Positions 63,495 through 64,000 of a stretch of DNA of 64,000 bases are shown piece after piece. Both the position numbers and the translations under genes were made by a program. The DNA is taken from contig JBAVTF010000085.1 of the NCBI GenBank assembly GCA_049695995.1, positions 2,205 to 66,204 on the forward strand, read 5' to 3'. The notes under the pieces are model-generated. The model was not told the DNA's origin and searched no databases. It worked only from the letters and a program-made list of their open reading frames with translations. This stretch comes from Pirellulales bacterium (GTDB lineage Bacteria > Planctomycetota > Planctomycetia > Pirellulales > UBA1268). Position 1 is the stretch's first letter. Each line of letters starts with the position of its first letter.

Positions 63495-64000
63495 ATGGAC
63501 TCGCTCTCTCCGGGTCGACGCGTCGGCATGACGCTCGTCGAGCTGCTCGTGGTCGTGGCGATCGTGGCCGCACTCGTCGCGCTCCTGCTGCCCGCGGTTC
63601 AGTCGGCCCGCGAGGCCGCGAGGCGGACGAGCTGCATGAACAACCTCCGGGGCATCGGCTGTGCGATCTACGGCTACGAGTCCGCCCGTCGGGCCTTCCC
63701 CGTCGGCTGCCTTGAATGCACCACGAAGGCTCCCCGCAAGCAGATCGCCTGGAATGCCTTCATTCTGCCTTTCGCCGAGGAGCCGGGGGCTGCGGCGGCC
63801 TTTGACTTCACGTTCTCGTATCGGAGCTCCCAAAATCGTATCGCCGCTGGCCATGTCGTCCCGCTCTTCCTCTGCCCGAGCACCTCGCGGACGAACCGCA
63901 CCGGCCCTACGACGGGTGACCGTAACAGGAACGGTCGCTGGGACGCAGGCGACGATCTCGCCTACACGGACTACGGCGGGATGTACGGTGTGGGCTATTC
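63495..64000 (+). CDS. DUF1559-family protein with a prepilin-type N-terminal cleavage/methylation signal (partial; runs off the window; absent from the ORF track)
   Basis: My own translation reads [11 protein letters not shown]|[52 protein letters not shown]...FLCPS. The class III signal has G at -1 and E at +5. The LLPAVQ.AREAARR..C.NNL block is typical of planctomycete DUF1559. Confidence 0.85.
   Translation, partial: MDSLSPGRRVGMTLVELLVVVAIVAALVALLLPAVQSAREAARRTSCMNNLRGIGCAIYGYESARRAFPVGCLECTTKAPRKQIAWNAFILPFAEEPGAAAAFDFTFSYRSSQNRIAAGHVVPLFLCPSTSRTNRTGPTTGDRNRNGRWDAGDDLAYTDYGGMYGVGY

Noticed and set aside
62827-63531. A 234-aa plus-strand ORF covering the riboswitch.
   Set aside because: It overlaps the promoter and the entire cobalamin riboswitch, and its translation is not protein-like. 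The real gene starts at 63495 in another frame.

Overview
This is a high-GC chromosomal segment. Lineage markers point to Planctomycetota: a YTV-repeat envelope protein, a DUF1559 prepilin-like protein, a giant beta-helix protein with an N-terminal LEPRALLA-type motif, weak Shine-Dalgarno usage and many ATGA/GTGA-coupled genes. I support about 56 protein genes. Most are housekeeping: a cyanophycin synthetase locus, an Mla-like ABC system, clpC, thiE, lpxB, a complete 14-gene nuoA-N operon followed by an Mrp-like gene, icd, rfbA/rfbC, an OPT transporter and an amino-acid ABC transporter. I found no rRNA, tRNA, CRISPR array, transposase or integrase. Both window edges carry real genes that are absent from the ORF track because they lack an in-window stop: the YTV protein (1-1428, minus strand) and the DUF1559 protein (63495-64000, plus strand). 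The most interesting signals are as follows. (1) A clear cobalamin riboswitch with its own promoter sits directly upstream of the DUF1559 pseudopilin-like gene. (2) Two tightly coupled, membrane-anchored, paralogous P-loop GTPases look dynamin-like or Eleos-like and have atypical G3 motifs. (3) A secreted protein consists largely of CCEP(A/G)CDAG(A/N)G repeats. (4) cphA is paired divergently with an ABC exporter plus DUF1854, across a roughly 880-nt structured leader. (5) At least five families of dispersed intergenic repeats or structured elements are present, including a 134-nt element with terminal inverted repeats and a roughly 90-nt near-identical element with a predicted pseudoknot. All functional calls come from motifs read by eye, and no database search was run. 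Many long ORFs in the track are antisense shadows of real genes and were rejected.
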